64,000 nt of DNA from Bdellovibrionota bacterium (GCA_044356295.1 JBIKWN010000002.1:32001-96000), one strand, 5' to 3'; numbered from the stretch's first letter, positions 9,936 to 19,763 are shown. Program-made: numbers and translations. Notes: generated by a model from the sequence alone, not told the origin.

Positions 9936-11681
9936 ATGACACTGTCTTCTTATTCTTTTCTTCAAGTAGGTGAAGCATCTTTCAGACAAGGTGAATTTAT
10001 CAGAACCTTTTTTGAACCTAAAACTACTTGTGATAATTTTTTAATTTGCGAGAGATTAAATAATGGTGAAGTCGAATTATTTATTAATAAATCTAGTAAA
10101 AGCATCGTCACGCAATTACAAACAGATAACCAAGAATTTTGGAGCCTTCCAAAAAGTAACGAATCACCTCAAACGTTTCCAAAATTTCCAACAGCTGGAA
10201 CTGCTTTGTATACCCATGCCTATTCTTTTCAAGATACATTGCCTTTAAGCCAAGGTACATGGGTCAAGGTTGATGAAATTTTTCAAAGATTTTTTGAAGA
10301 TAAACCAATTGGCATCGAACTAGTTCATGCAGCATTAAAAATACTAAACAAACATGAAAAAAGGCTTGAAATAAATGTAAGTAATCTTCCAGAAGCATCC
10401 CTGGGTCAACGATATGAAGAAGTTGAAAACAAACGTATCAAGAAAGAGGATTTAAAAAAGTGGGAGCAGGATACCCTAGATGTATTCCCAATAAACTGTA
10501 CTGAAATTGAGAACCCTGATCGTCCATTTATTTCCGTGGGAAGATATCAAGATGAAGATGGAGTTGAAAATGAATATGCAATCCGAAAAGGTTTAGACTC
10601 TCAAGATTCAGTCTGTTTCTGTTGGCATGGTGGAAATATTTACATGGCGATTCGACTTGGAGTTCGAACTGCACTTTCCCACTGGGAACAGGGACGAAGT
10701 TTAATTTCGATTGAAGGTGTTGCTGGATCTCTTGAAGAAAACGACCTTACTACAGAGGATATAATAAACCGTGCGATGGAAGAGACAAAAGAGGAACTAG
10801 GATTAGAACCAGCCTCACCTGGTATAAAGCTAGGAAGTTTTTTTACCGCATCAGAGGTAACAGCCGAAAAAAGTACTTCTGTTCTTGTCGAAGTAAATCC
10901 AAATAAAAAATGTACTGCTCATCACGCTGCTGATGAAATTCAGGATACCCGCTTTATTGAGCTTGATGAACTTATCGCTGCCTGCGATGAAGGTCTAATT
11001 ATTGATGAGCGTTTAGAGGTCTCAGCACGGTTGTTAAAAGCAATGTATAGGTACCATAACCCTCTCCACATCCCTCAATCAGCAGAGAAGATCGTTTTTT
11101 TAGGTGGAACTTTTGATCCTTTTCACAGTGGTCATTTAGCTCTTGCCAATGCTTGTCTGAATGAATCAACCACAGATGCAGTAATCGTTGTTCCAGCAAA
11201 GCAAAATCCATATAAGGGAAATCCATACATGCAAACATCTGAACGCAGAGATTCAATTGTAGCAACGCTTAGTGAATATCCAGGGCTCTACCTAAGCGAG
11301 CATGAACTTAATCAACGTGATTCTAGTGTATATACAGCGGACTCCTTAAAACTTTTTAAAGAGCAATTTCCTCAGTGTAAAAGCATTTTCCTTGCTGTTG
11401 GGAGTGATCTGCTGGGTTCAATGCATGCTTGGACAAAAAGAGATGAACTCTTTAAACGACTTGACGGTTTATTCATAGCCGCAAGAGATGACTTTTCAGT
11501 ATTTGATCTTAAAAATTATAAAGCAATGTATCCGAAGGAAGCATGGAGTCTCATCCAAAAAGCAAAGTTTCTGACTTTCCAGCAGAATATTTCATCAAGC
11601 TTAATTAAAAAACTACTTTTTAGCTCAGAGGATGTACCGACTGATGGCTTATTGCCAAGACGAGTTAGAAAATTTATTTAA
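9936..11681 (+). CDS. nadD: Fusion: N-terminal unknown region + Nudix hydrolase + nicotinate-nucleotide adenylyltransferase (NadD)
   Basis: Nudix box GSLEE...RAMEETKEELGL; C-terminal GGTFDPFHSGH, YTADSL, GSD, W, ISSS. Confidence 0.8.
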   Translation: MTLSSYSFLQVGEASFRQGEFIRTFFEPKTTCDNFLICERLNNGEVELFINKSSKSIVTQLQTDNQEFWSLPKSNESPQTFPKFPTAGTALYTHAYSFQDTLPLSQGTWVKVDEIFQRFFEDKPIGIELVHAALKILNKHEKRLEINVSNLPEASLGQRYEEVENKRIKKEDLKKWEQDTLDVFPINCTEIENPDRPFISVGRYQDEDGVENEYAIRKGLDSQDSVCFCWHGGNIYMAIRLGVRTALSHWEQGRSLISIEGVAGSLEENDLTTEDIINRAMEETKEELGLEPASPGIKLGSFFTASEVTAEKSTSVLVEVNPNKKCTAHHAADEIQDTRFIELDELIAACDEGLIIDERLEVSARLLKAMYRYHNPLHIPQSAEKIVFLGGTFDPFHSGHLALANACLNESTTDAVIVVPAKQNPYKGNPYMQTSERRDSIVATLSEYPGLYLSEHELNQRDSSVYTADSLKLFKEQFPQCKSIFLAVGSDLLGSMHAWTKRDELFKRLDGLFIAARDDFSVFDLKNYKAMYPKEAWSLIQKAKFLTFQQNISSSLIKKLLFSSEDVPTDGLLPRRVRKFI

Positions 11682-14467
11682 ATATTCATCTTACTAATTC
11701 GGATTCGTTCATCAATCATCTTTTCAGCTTCATCTCGATCATATTCCATTTGTGAAACAAATCCAGGAAGCAACATTTCATTCAATGCTTTTCTAGATTC
11801 ATCACTTAAAAAATCTGCATCCAGACAACATGTTTCAAGAATTGGGCGAACTCTCTCTTGAATAATTTCTCGTGCTTTATACAGCGCCTCTCTAGCATCA
11901 AGATTTTCTTTATTCTTGTTGAGCGAAGTGATATTGGAACGAATAATTTCAAGATCTTTCTTTAGTGAAATTAAACAATCTATTGCTTCATACAGATCTT
12001 GATAGTTCTGAGTATCCTCTTTCCCCTGCTTTTTCGCTTCCTGAACAGCAAAGCTTAATCGAAGTGCTGGAATCAATAATTCAACAGTACAAAATGAAGC
12101 ATTTTCTGCTTTTAAAGCATTAACTCCCTCTGGGCTATCTTCTAACACTTTCAAAATAGAATGCATTCTATTCATATACACTTGGTCATCACCGGTAGCT
12201 GTGCCGTATCTAAGAAGAGTCTCTGCAATTACTTCATTTTCCAACCAATTTTGATAGAAAAGATTCAGTTGGAGCTTATCTAAAACTCCAAACTTAACAA
12301 CACGCCGAACCGCATCCTGAATCTCGGGGCTATTGGTGTAGGCTTCTGATGATAGAATTTCTGGTGAAACTTCACCGTAAAGCTCAATGCGACGAATTTC
12401 TGCGGCAGCTTGTTGATGACTTAAACCAAGCTTTTGAAAATTTAGAGCCTGCCTTCCTCTCCAGGTTAGTTTTGCAACTTCTTCAACTGATGCTTCTCTT
12501 GGAATTAAATCATCACTAATAGTGACTGCTTTAATTTCAGACTCAGTTGCAATCTTACTAAAGTGTTCAAGACTACATGCAATTGGTTTTCCATGAATAT
12601 CTTTTTCAAGTCTATCTGTTAAAGTGTCGAGTCGATATGGAAGGAAGCCACCCATTAATTGGTGTGATGCATCATGCGAAGCATTCCCTGCAAATTCGCT
12701 CATTGAATGATGATTCACTCCATGAAGATAAACGGTAAAAAGAGGGATACAATCTCTAAAAAAAACACTCTCTTTTCCTTCGAGCGTCATGGGGACCAAC
12801 CCTATGTCATTTGCTGCTCGACTTAAAAGTTTTCGGTACGTTGCTGAGGTCATGCATAGTCGATGCAAATCAGGTGAAATACGACCGATAACATACTGTA
12901 GCGCACTTCCTTGATTGACCACCTGATCAAATTCATCCAATCGTTCCTGTGAATAAGCATCAAATACTCTTTCATCACGTTGTTTTTCTTTCTGATTAAT
13001 GATTCCAATACGTTCTAGTGATGCTTCAAGTAATCGAACTCCACCAGATAATCGGTGATCTGGAACATCACCTTCATCAATTAAACGTATTAGATCTGAT
13101 ATTTCTAAAGCGAAAACTCCCTGAACATTATCGATGATAGTAGGATTAATCTTAATGAACGCTTTATTTGATGCTTCATTACTATATCCAGGGGACGTAT
13201 ACTCTGGATGACCAATAAAGATTGTAGGGTTATCTTCAATATCTATCCCTGCTTTTTTTCTAAGAACTGAGGCTACACTTTTTTCAATAATCTCTTGATT
13301 CGGTTCAGTTCCCTCAAGAAAACCAGATAAACCGCAGATAATTTTTGCTGGTTGATCTGCTTGAATGACATGGGGGAATAGTTTTCGAGCCACTGCTCCT
13401 AGTACTGGTATGTGGTGACAGACAACGAAAACTTTATCATCTTGAATAAACCATGGAACAACATCTACTGAACGATCAAATGGAGTAACAATTTTTTCAA
13501 ATTCCCAATCCGATAATTCCTCTCCTGATGAATTTACATTAGTAGCAATTTGCGTTTCCATTGAGAGGAATCCGCAATCAAGATCCAAAGGTTCAGCGAT
13601 AGCTATTTGTTTTTTACTTTCACCTACTACTAGTCTGGCTTGATCGTAAGAGTATACAGGAAGCGTTGTTTCTTGGGTGTTGACCCCTTTGAAATCAATA
13701 GATGATTGAAAAAGCCAGTCTGCTAATTTTTCGGAACCAGTAATGTTGATTCCATTTTTTCTACAGAACCTAAGAACACAATCAACGAGCCTTCCGTCTT
13801 GAATCTGCTCCTTGTCATACAGTGAAAAGATCTGTTCTGCGGTTAGTGCTCGTCGTCGAAGCATTGGACGACTTGCGTCATCCCTGAATGACACAACATC
13901 TAGAGTCTGTTTTGAAAGCGGCTCTATCTCTATGCTCATGGCAATCACTGCTTCAGAATGAATAGATGGCGAAGGAAGATAATTTCCAAGTGAAGACGGC
14001 TTGCCTTTCGGAACGAGCCCAAGTTTCTGAGTAATCGTATAATCAATTGCTTGAGAAACCTCGGCACCACCTAACTTCTCTGATAGGTATCCACCAGGCA
14101 AATTAGTAACCATTGATTTTCCAATTGCAGGGCGCACAACATCATAAACAATAAATTTTACTTCGTTTGTTTTTGGACATCGAAACCATGGCAAAAGATC
14201 AAGTGTATCTTGTTGCTGGAAAATCGCTAACTCTTGAGGCAAACCTACTTTTTCTAAAGTACCATCTTCTGAAAGTAGTGAGAGTTGAAATGCTTTTGTT
14301 AATAAGATTTTAGATTGAATGTTTGAAGATTGAGTGCGAACTTCTGCAACGACTCTTGGATCAGTTTTATCCCAGGGATTCCAAACAAGATTATTTGGAT
14401 TTGATACGCCAATTCCTGAGTCATTTTTAGGAAGAAGTGTTATGTCTGCTGGTGGAAAATTAAGCAT
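11678..14467 (-). CDS. 929-aa protein with two degenerate Nudix (ADP-ribose pyrophosphatase-like) domains and an unknown C-terminal domain
   Basis: LPGGYL..QKLGL / YLPSPSIHSE / IQDGR and LSGFLEG..KKAGI / YTSPGYSNE / VPDHR; C-terminal HDASH motif. Confidence 0.55.
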   Translation of the reverse strand: MLNFPPADITLLPKNDSGIGVSNPNNLVWNPWDKTDPRVVAEVRTQSSNIQSKILLTKAFQLSLLSEDGTLEKVGLPQELAIFQQQDTLDLLPWFRCPKTNEVKFIVYDVVRPAIGKSMVTNLPGGYLSEKLGGAEVSQAIDYTITQKLGLVPKGKPSSLGNYLPSPSIHSEAVIAMSIEIEPLSKQTLDVVSFRDDASRPMLRRRALTAEQIFSLYDKEQIQDGRLVDCVLRFCRKNGINITGSEKLADWLFQSSIDFKGVNTQETTLPVYSYDQARLVVGESKKQIAIAEPLDLDCGFLSMETQIATNVNSSGEELSDWEFEKIVTPFDRSVDVVPWFIQDDKVFVVCHHIPVLGAVARKLFPHVIQADQPAKIICGLSGFLEGTEPNQEIIEKSVASVLRKKAGIDIEDNPTIFIGHPEYTSPGYSNEASNKAFIKINPTIIDNVQGVFALEISDLIRLIDEGDVPDHRLSGGVRLLEASLERIGIINQKEKQRDERVFDAYSQERLDEFDQVVNQGSALQYVIGRISPDLHRLCMTSATYRKLLSRAANDIGLVPMTLEGKESVFFRDCIPLFTVYLHGVNHHSMSEFAGNASHDASHQLMGGFLPYRLDTLTDRLEKDIHGKPIACSLEHFSKIATESEIKAVTISDDLIPREASVEEVAKLTWRGRQALNFQKLGLSHQQAAAEIRRIELYGEVSPEILSSEAYTNSPEIQDAVRRVVKFGVLDKLQLNLFYQNWLENEVIAETLLRYGTATGDDQVYMNRMHSILKVLEDSPEGVNALKAENASFCTVELLIPALRLSFAVQEAKKQGKEDTQNYQDLYEAIDCLISLKKDLEIIRSNITSLNKNKENLDAREALYKAREIIQERVRPILETCCLDADFLSDESRKALNEMLLPGFVSQMEYDRDEAEKMIDERIRISKMNI

Positions 14468-14676
14468 TGGTGAAGTAGGAACTATTTTATAATTGTACTT
14501 GTTCCCTAAGCAAAATTTTTGGTGAAAAAGAGCTGTTTTTATTAGTTTTTAAAGGGGAATTTATGATTTTTAGTATCTTTATTTTCTTCTTTCTTTTTAA
14601 AGAATTTTTCAGTCTAACAAAAGTTGATTAAGAATTAGTTATTAGAGACAATTCATAAACCCTGAAGGGTGAAATC

Positions 14677-14856
14677 ATGAACAAGGAAGTATCAGAGGCC
14701 CGCAAATTGCGGACTCGAAATTCGAAAAAGATGATCGGTTTGGGACTTGGAGTTTTGGCCATTGTTGGCATTCTCCTCGTTGTCAAAGATGCTGCTGCAT
14801 TGACCTTTGATCTCGACTTTAGCGATCTTGAAGACCCCGACAACGTAGGAGCCTAA
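14677..14856 (+). CDS. Small single-pass membrane protein (59 aa)
   Basis: Below the ORF-track cutoff: MNKEVSEARKLRTRNSKKMIGLGLGVLAIVGILLVVKDAAALTFDLDFSDLEDPDNVGA; GAAGGGTG RBS-like sequence upstream. Confidence 0.6.
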   Translation: MNKEVSEARKLRTRNSKKMIGLGLGVLAIVGILLVVKDAAALTFDLDFSDLEDPDNVGA

Positions 14857-14933
14857 AAGATCATCACCTGGAGGTTTCCCTAAGCCAAGCGTTTGTCGCT
14901 TCTTAGGAATTAGGTTTCATTCATGAAATCCCT

Positions 14934-15650
14934 TCAGGTCTTTTTATTATCCTTCCGAAATTTCTTTACATCCTCGCGAATAATTTCGATAGCTTCCTCT
15001 GGTGTATCAACGATCTCAATACATTTAAAATCTTTCTCAGAGATCAATCCACGAGTTAAAGGAAACTCTTTCGCCCACTCCATCATGCCTGACCAGAATT
15101 CTTTATCCATCAAGATTATAGGACGCATTGTAACATGTTGAACCTGTACAAGTTGCCAAACAAAAAATAGTTCAAGAAGCGTTCCTATACCACCAGGAGT
15201 ACAAACTACAGCATGTGATAGCCGCATAAAATCATCTAATCGAGAAGAAAAACGGTGATGATGACGTTTTACATCTAAGTGATTGTTAGCGTCTGGCTCC
15301 CATGGAAGTTCAATTGATAAGCCAATAGATCGTGATTTTGATTTTTTCTCTTCTCTTCCAAGGAGAGCACCACGATTTGCAGCTTCCATAAGTCCAGGGC
15401 CACCGCCGGTAAGAATATCAATACCGTCCCCCGCAAGAATTCGAGAAAGCTCAAAAGCTTTTTGATAATTCGGACCACCTGGTTTTATCCGAGCACTTCC
15501 AAAAATACAAACTCTATAAAAACGATTCTCATCTACTTTGACAAGTTCTTGCTCAACCAAGGTTGCACGGTGATACAATGATTGCAGCCTTTGTTCAAGA
15601 TGAGCACGTCGTTTTCCACGAACTCCTAGTGTCTTAGTTTTTCCTTTCAC
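14934..15650 (-). CDS. LOG family (Rossmann-fold) nucleotide phosphoribohydrolase
   Basis: IFGSAR, TGGGPGLMEAAN, PGGIGTLLE. Confidence 0.9.
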   Translation of the reverse strand: MKGKTKTLGVRGKRRAHLEQRLQSLYHRATLVEQELVKVDENRFYRVCIFGSARIKPGGPNYQKAFELSRILAGDGIDILTGGGPGLMEAANRGALLGREEKKSKSRSIGLSIELPWEPDANNHLDVKRHHHRFSSRLDDFMRLSHAVVCTPGGIGTLLELFFVWQLVQVQHVTMRPIILMDKEFWSGMMEWAKEFPLTRGLISEKDFKCIEIVDTPEEAIEIIREDVKKFRKDNKKT

Positions 15651-15675
15651 GATTTACTTCTTTGCTCCTTAGGCA

Positions 15676-16083
15676 CTATCCAGCTTTTTTAAGTGGAATA
15701 TCAAGATCTGATTTTTGCAATTTTCGATCTTCTGCTTTTGAAAATTCAATCTGTTCAATGAGAAGCTGTGTCCAACTCTCCCATCCACTCATCGTAGAGC
15801 GCTCCTGAATAATCTCTTGAACTACTGCCGAAGTATCTCCTGGATGAGCTTCATTCAGAGTCTGGAGGCACTCTTCAACAAATTTTAACCCTGTAATAAT
15901 ATCATCAAAATGATCAGGAGTAATTGCACCAATTGATTTTTTGCGGGTTCGTCTTTGAATTCTTTCGATGGCTTTTCGAAGTTCCCCTGCCGCTTGCTCG
16001 AGCTCTCCTAATTCCTGTTGACGCACAGGGGTGGCATTAAGCCTAGGATTATGAAAAGGATAAAAAAATCGGTATAGATCCAA
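15676..16083 (-). CDS. Hypothetical helical protein
   Basis: 135-aa ORF, co-oriented with the LOG gene. Confidence 0.6.
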   Translation of the reverse strand: MDLYRFFYPFHNPRLNATPVRQQELGELEQAAGELRKAIERIQRRTRKKSIGAITPDHFDDIITGLKFVEECLQTLNEAHPGDTSAVVQEIIQERSTMSGWESWTQLLIEQIEFSKAEDRKLQKSDLDIPLKKAG

Positions 16084-16148
16084 GGTTTAACCGGCTTAAA
16101 GTAATTTAGAGTAGTGTACTTAGGCTAAGACTAGTCGACAATAAGAAA

Positions 16149-16496
16149 ATGGAGACAGCGGTATATATATTCTGGGCAGCTATCCCTACTTTCTTCTTTC
16201 TGATGGCACTTTGGCTGTGGTTAGAGGGTATTCGAGGGAAAAAACACACAAATGAAGTCAATGACTTCTTAAAACAGGGATTTTTCGTCCTTGTTTGTGT
16301 AGGGCTTACCTATGGCATTTATGAAATGATTTTTATACCGTATATCAATCCGTCCATTGAAAAATTTGTTCCGACGTTTCTAATTAAATTTTTCCTACTT
16401 CCCGTTGTCCTCTATCTTGCAGCAATTATTGTTGGACCTACGAAAGATATTAAAATCAAAAAAGCCCCTCATCCAACAGAACGGAAGCGTCGATAA
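16149..16496 (+). CDS. Hypothetical membrane protein (about 3 TM)
   Basis: Three hydrophobic segments; directly upstream of rnhB. Confidence 0.65.
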   Translation: METAVYIFWAAIPTFFFLMALWLWLEGIRGKKHTNEVNDFLKQGFFVLVCVGLTYGIYEMIFIPYINPSIEKFVPTFLIKFFLLPVVLYLAAIIVGPTKDIKIKKAPHPTERKRR

Positions 16497-16515
16497 AAAA
16501 TTTAGGGCTAAATAA

Positions 16516-17148
16516 GTGCACCAAGAAAATCTGTATAAAAGAATTGCAGGTGTAGACGAAGCAGGTCGCGGTCCGCTTGCAGGACCAGTAGTTGCTGCGG
16601 CAGTCATTCTTCCACCTGAATTTAATTACAAAGAAATAACCGATTCCAAGAAACTTACAGAAAAAAAACGCGAACCACTCTTTGAGTATATTAAAGAAGC
16701 ATCAATTTCATATGCAATTGTTGCTGTTGGTCCAAGACGTATTGAAGAGCTCAATATTCGTGAAGCTACCAAACTCGCGATGAAACTTGCAGTTGAAAAG
16801 GTTCATGCTGATAAGGCGTTGATTGACGGTAATATGAAAATTCCTGTGATGTGTGAGCAAGAAACCATCGTTAAGGGAGATTTATTGATACCGCTTATCT
16901 CTGCAGCTTCAATCTTAGCCAAGGTATATCGGGATCGCCTTATGAAGGTTCTTGCAGCGCGCTATCCAGGTTATGGACTAGAAAAACATGCTGGTTATCC
17001 AACTGCATTTCACCGAGCAGCGATTGCTGAACTCGGCGTTAGCCGATGTCACAGAAAAACATTTGCAGGAGTAAAAGAATTTCTTGAGCCAGCAACAGAT
17101 AATTTCCAGATCTTCGGGCAGACTTCATCTGCCATCACTGCCGAGTAA
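16516..17148 (+). CDS. rnhB: Ribonuclease HII
   Basis: AGVDEAGRGPLAGPVVAAAV, DSKKL, KGD, SAASILAKV.RD. Confidence 0.95.
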   Translation: MHQENLYKRIAGVDEAGRGPLAGPVVAAAVILPPEFNYKEITDSKKLTEKKREPLFEYIKEASISYAIVAVGPRRIEELNIREATKLAMKLAVEKVHADKALIDGNMKIPVMCEQETIVKGDLLIPLISAASILAKVYRDRLMKVLAARYPGYGLEKHAGYPTAFHRAAIAELGVSRCHRKTFAGVKEFLEPATDNFQIFGQTSSAITAE

Positions 17149-17608
17149 TAACCGTGCTCTTGGTTCCTTTTTTGAACAGATTAGTTGCAAATACTTAACA
17201 CAAAAAGGATTTCTATTTATTAACAAAAACTGGAGGTGTTCACTTGGCGAAATCGACCTTATTTTTTCAACACCAGATCAAATTACTTATATTTTAGTCG
17301 AAGTTAAAGCAAGAAAGTTTCAGGGTGATTTCTCAGTAAAAGCATCTATTGATTGCCTTAAACGAAGTCAACTCTACCGAGTAGCAGAAGCATATGCTCG
17401 ACCTATTATCCAAAAAAATAAAGAGATCCGTTTTCGAATCGACACCATTCGTATAGTCTATATTCATAAAGATGAGACATTGCAGTTCTCACTTGAACAT
17501 ATTCAATCAGCACTAAGCCATGCCTACACCTTCGAAAAGAAAAAATGGGGTCAAAACAGACCTCTTCGACAAGAGAAGACAGTATTCAGGAAAAATAATT
17601 CCAGATAG
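17084..17608 (+). CDS. YraN family (UPF0102) nuclease-like protein; start uncertain
   Basis: NWRC..GEIDLI, VEVKAR, RFRID; typical position after rnhB. Confidence 0.8.
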   Translation: MSQQQIISRSSGRLHLPSLPSNNRALGSFFEQISCKYLTQKGFLFINKNWRCSLGEIDLIFSTPDQITYILVEVKARKFQGDFSVKASIDCLKRSQLYRVAEAYARPIIQKNKEIRFRIDTIRIVYIHKDETLQFSLEHIQSALSHAYTFEKKKWGQNRPLRQEKTVFRKNNSR

Positions 17609-18176
17609 GACAGATCCTTTTAAATTATTTAAAGAGTGGTTTTCACTTGCTTCAAAAGTAGTCGCCTCGGAGCCTAATGCTATGGCTCTTTCAACAGTCG
17701 ATAAAAAAGGAAAGCCGAGTTCAAGGTTTGTATTACTAAAGGGATTTGACGAGCGAGGGTTTGTATTTTTTACCAATAGTATTTCTCGAAAAGGTAGTGA
17801 ATTAAAAGATAATCCTCATGTTGCTGCTTTGTTTTATTGGCATGAACTACATCGGCAAGTACGAATTGAGGGTAAAGTGTCTGAAATATCGCGACGTGAG
17901 GTCGAAACATATTTCTATAGCCGTCCACGTGATTCCCAAATTGCTGCAATGATTTCAGCGCAAAGTCATACATTAAAATCGCGGAAAGAACTTTTAACAA
18001 AATTTGGGCAGTGCCTCAAAAGTACTCGAGACCCAATATGCCCAAAAACCTGGACAGGATATCGAATTGCACCTGACCAATTTGAATTCTGGTCAGGAAT
18101 GCCAAATCGTATGCATGATAGGGTTAGATATACAAAAAACAGATCCAGCTGGTTAAAAAAGAGACTTTGGCCTTGA
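17520..18176 (+). CDS. pdxH: Pyridoxamine 5'-phosphate oxidase
   Basis: EPNAMALST, RFVLLK, SRKG, RQVRIEG, YFYSRP, EFW...RMHDR, RLWP. Confidence 0.93.
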   Translation: MPTPSKRKNGVKTDLFDKRRQYSGKIIPDRTDPFKLFKEWFSLASKVVASEPNAMALSTVDKKGKPSSRFVLLKGFDERGFVFFTNSISRKGSELKDNPHVAALFYWHELHRQVRIEGKVSEISRREVETYFYSRPRDSQIAAMISAQSHTLKSRKELLTKFGQCLKSTRDPICPKTWTGYRIAPDQFEFWSGMPNRMHDRVRYTKNRSSWLKKRLWP

Positions 18177-18189
18177 AGTAAAATAAGAA

Positions 18190-18945
18190 TTACTTAATAG
18201 CTAAGAAACCAGCAAAATTAAACCACTGGAAGAATGTTGATACTGATTCAAATCCTGCTTTCGAAAAAAGTGCTATATTTTCATCTCGTTGATATGGAAT
18301 TAAAACATTTTCAAGAGCTTCTCGTTTATTAGATATCTCTAAATCAGAATATCCCATCTCTTTTTTAAATCGATGATAGTAATCAACATACAGTCCATTT
18401 AAAATCTTATCTGCTTCAACTGTTTTTTCTACAACAATCAAAGCACCACCTTTTTGAAGGGCTTTATAAACATTCTCTATAACTTTTTGCCGCTGAATAG
18501 GACGAATGAACTGTAGTGATAATATAAGTAATACAACATCTGCTGAATCATGGGGCAGAGCCTTACTATCTGTAAAATCTGCAACGTGAAAATCTATTGC
18601 ATGTATTGATGATTCAGATTCAAGTTTCATCTTTGCTTTTGTTATCATTTCAGGGGATGTATCAATTCCAACAAAACGATTTGGCTTGAGACCTACTTGC
18701 TTACCTCTTTGGATAATAGAAGAAATTGTCGTTCCTGTTGAGCAACCAAGGTCGTATATGGTTTTTTGACCCGCAAATTCCAGAGCAAGATCTGCAACTA
18801 ACAATTGAATGGTTTGGTATCCAGGCACACTTCGTCCAACCATGTCATCAAATACATCGACAACCCGTTGGTCAAATTCAAAAGAACCTGATTTTTTATC
18901 TTTTCCTGTTATTGCAAAAATTGTGTCTTTTTTATGATTATTCAC
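18190..18945 (-). CDS. cmoA: Carboxy-S-adenosyl-L-methionine synthase
   Basis: FEFDQRVVDVFDDMVGRSVPGY, YDLGCSTG, LQF, GYSDLEISNKREALENV. Confidence 0.92.
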   Translation of the reverse strand: MNNHKKDTIFAITGKDKKSGSFEFDQRVVDVFDDMVGRSVPGYQTIQLLVADLALEFAGQKTIYDLGCSTGTTISSIIQRGKQVGLKPNRFVGIDTSPEMITKAKMKLESESSIHAIDFHVADFTDSKALPHDSADVVLLILSLQFIRPIQRQKVIENVYKALQKGGALIVVEKTVEADKILNGLYVDYYHRFKKEMGYSDLEISNKREALENVLIPYQRDENIALFSKAGFESVSTFFQWFNFAGFLAIK

Positions 18946-19016
18946 AAAGACAGAATAAATCGAATAGAGCGAAAAGCAAACTCTGTCTTGCTAGAATCTT
19001 TAACCAAGCGAGATTG

Positions 19017-19763
19017 TTACTTTCTTATGATACTTCCGAATATTCCTTGGAAAATTGCCATCTCTCTTTTGGATAATTTTGCGCGTTTCATGACTTGATT
19101 AATTAAGGCTGGAACTTCTGTTGAGGTATGTTCATTGAAAAATTTTGTCTGATGAAGTGATTTATCTATTAATTTTTCGAGTGAGGTATACTCATTGTAT
19201 TCACATAAATCGAAACTCTGATTTTGATAAAATTGGTTCGTAGGTAAATCAGATGTGGCACCATCACTCAATTTTATTGTTTTTAATGCATAAAGAACTA
19301 CTCCTACTGCATGCGATAAATTCATACTTGGATTTTTATCTTCCGTTTCGATAAAGACTAGATCGTTGCATCGTCCAAGTATTTCATTTGAGAGTCCGTT
19401 GTCTTCTGGTCCAAAGACCAGAGCCGTATGGATATTATTTTCAGATATTTGATTCATAAGACTCATTTGGTTTTGTTTTACAAAATCAAAAAGTCCTATC
19501 GGTCTTGGAAGTGCCCTACCATGTCGAGAAGAAAATCCAATGACCTGCTGAAAGCTACCAAGAGTTGTGTCGATACATTCACTTGTTTTTATGTTTTCCA
19601 AGATATCCGTTGCCCAACAAGCAGAACGCTTCGCTACTTCGCTATCAAATCCTCTCGGAGACACAAGAATGAGGTTCGAGAAGGAAAAATTATCCATTAC
19701 TCGCGCGACGCTTCCAATATTAATACTGTCCTTGGGCTCTATTAAAACAACGGATATACTCAT
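19017..19763 (-). CDS. TrmJ/LasT family SPOUT RNA methyltransferase
   Basis: NIGSVARVMDNF, LVFGPEDNGLSNE, SMNLSHAV. Confidence 0.88.
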   Translation of the reverse strand: MSISVVLIEPKDSINIGSVARVMDNFSFSNLILVSPRGFDSEVAKRSACWATDILENIKTSECIDTTLGSFQQVIGFSSRHGRALPRPIGLFDFVKQNQMSLMNQISENNIHTALVFGPEDNGLSNEILGRCNDLVFIETEDKNPSMNLSHAVGVVLYALKTIKLSDGATSDLPTNQFYQNQSFDLCEYNEYTSLEKLIDKSLHQTKFFNEHTSTEVPALINQVMKRAKLSKREMAIFQGIFGSIIRK

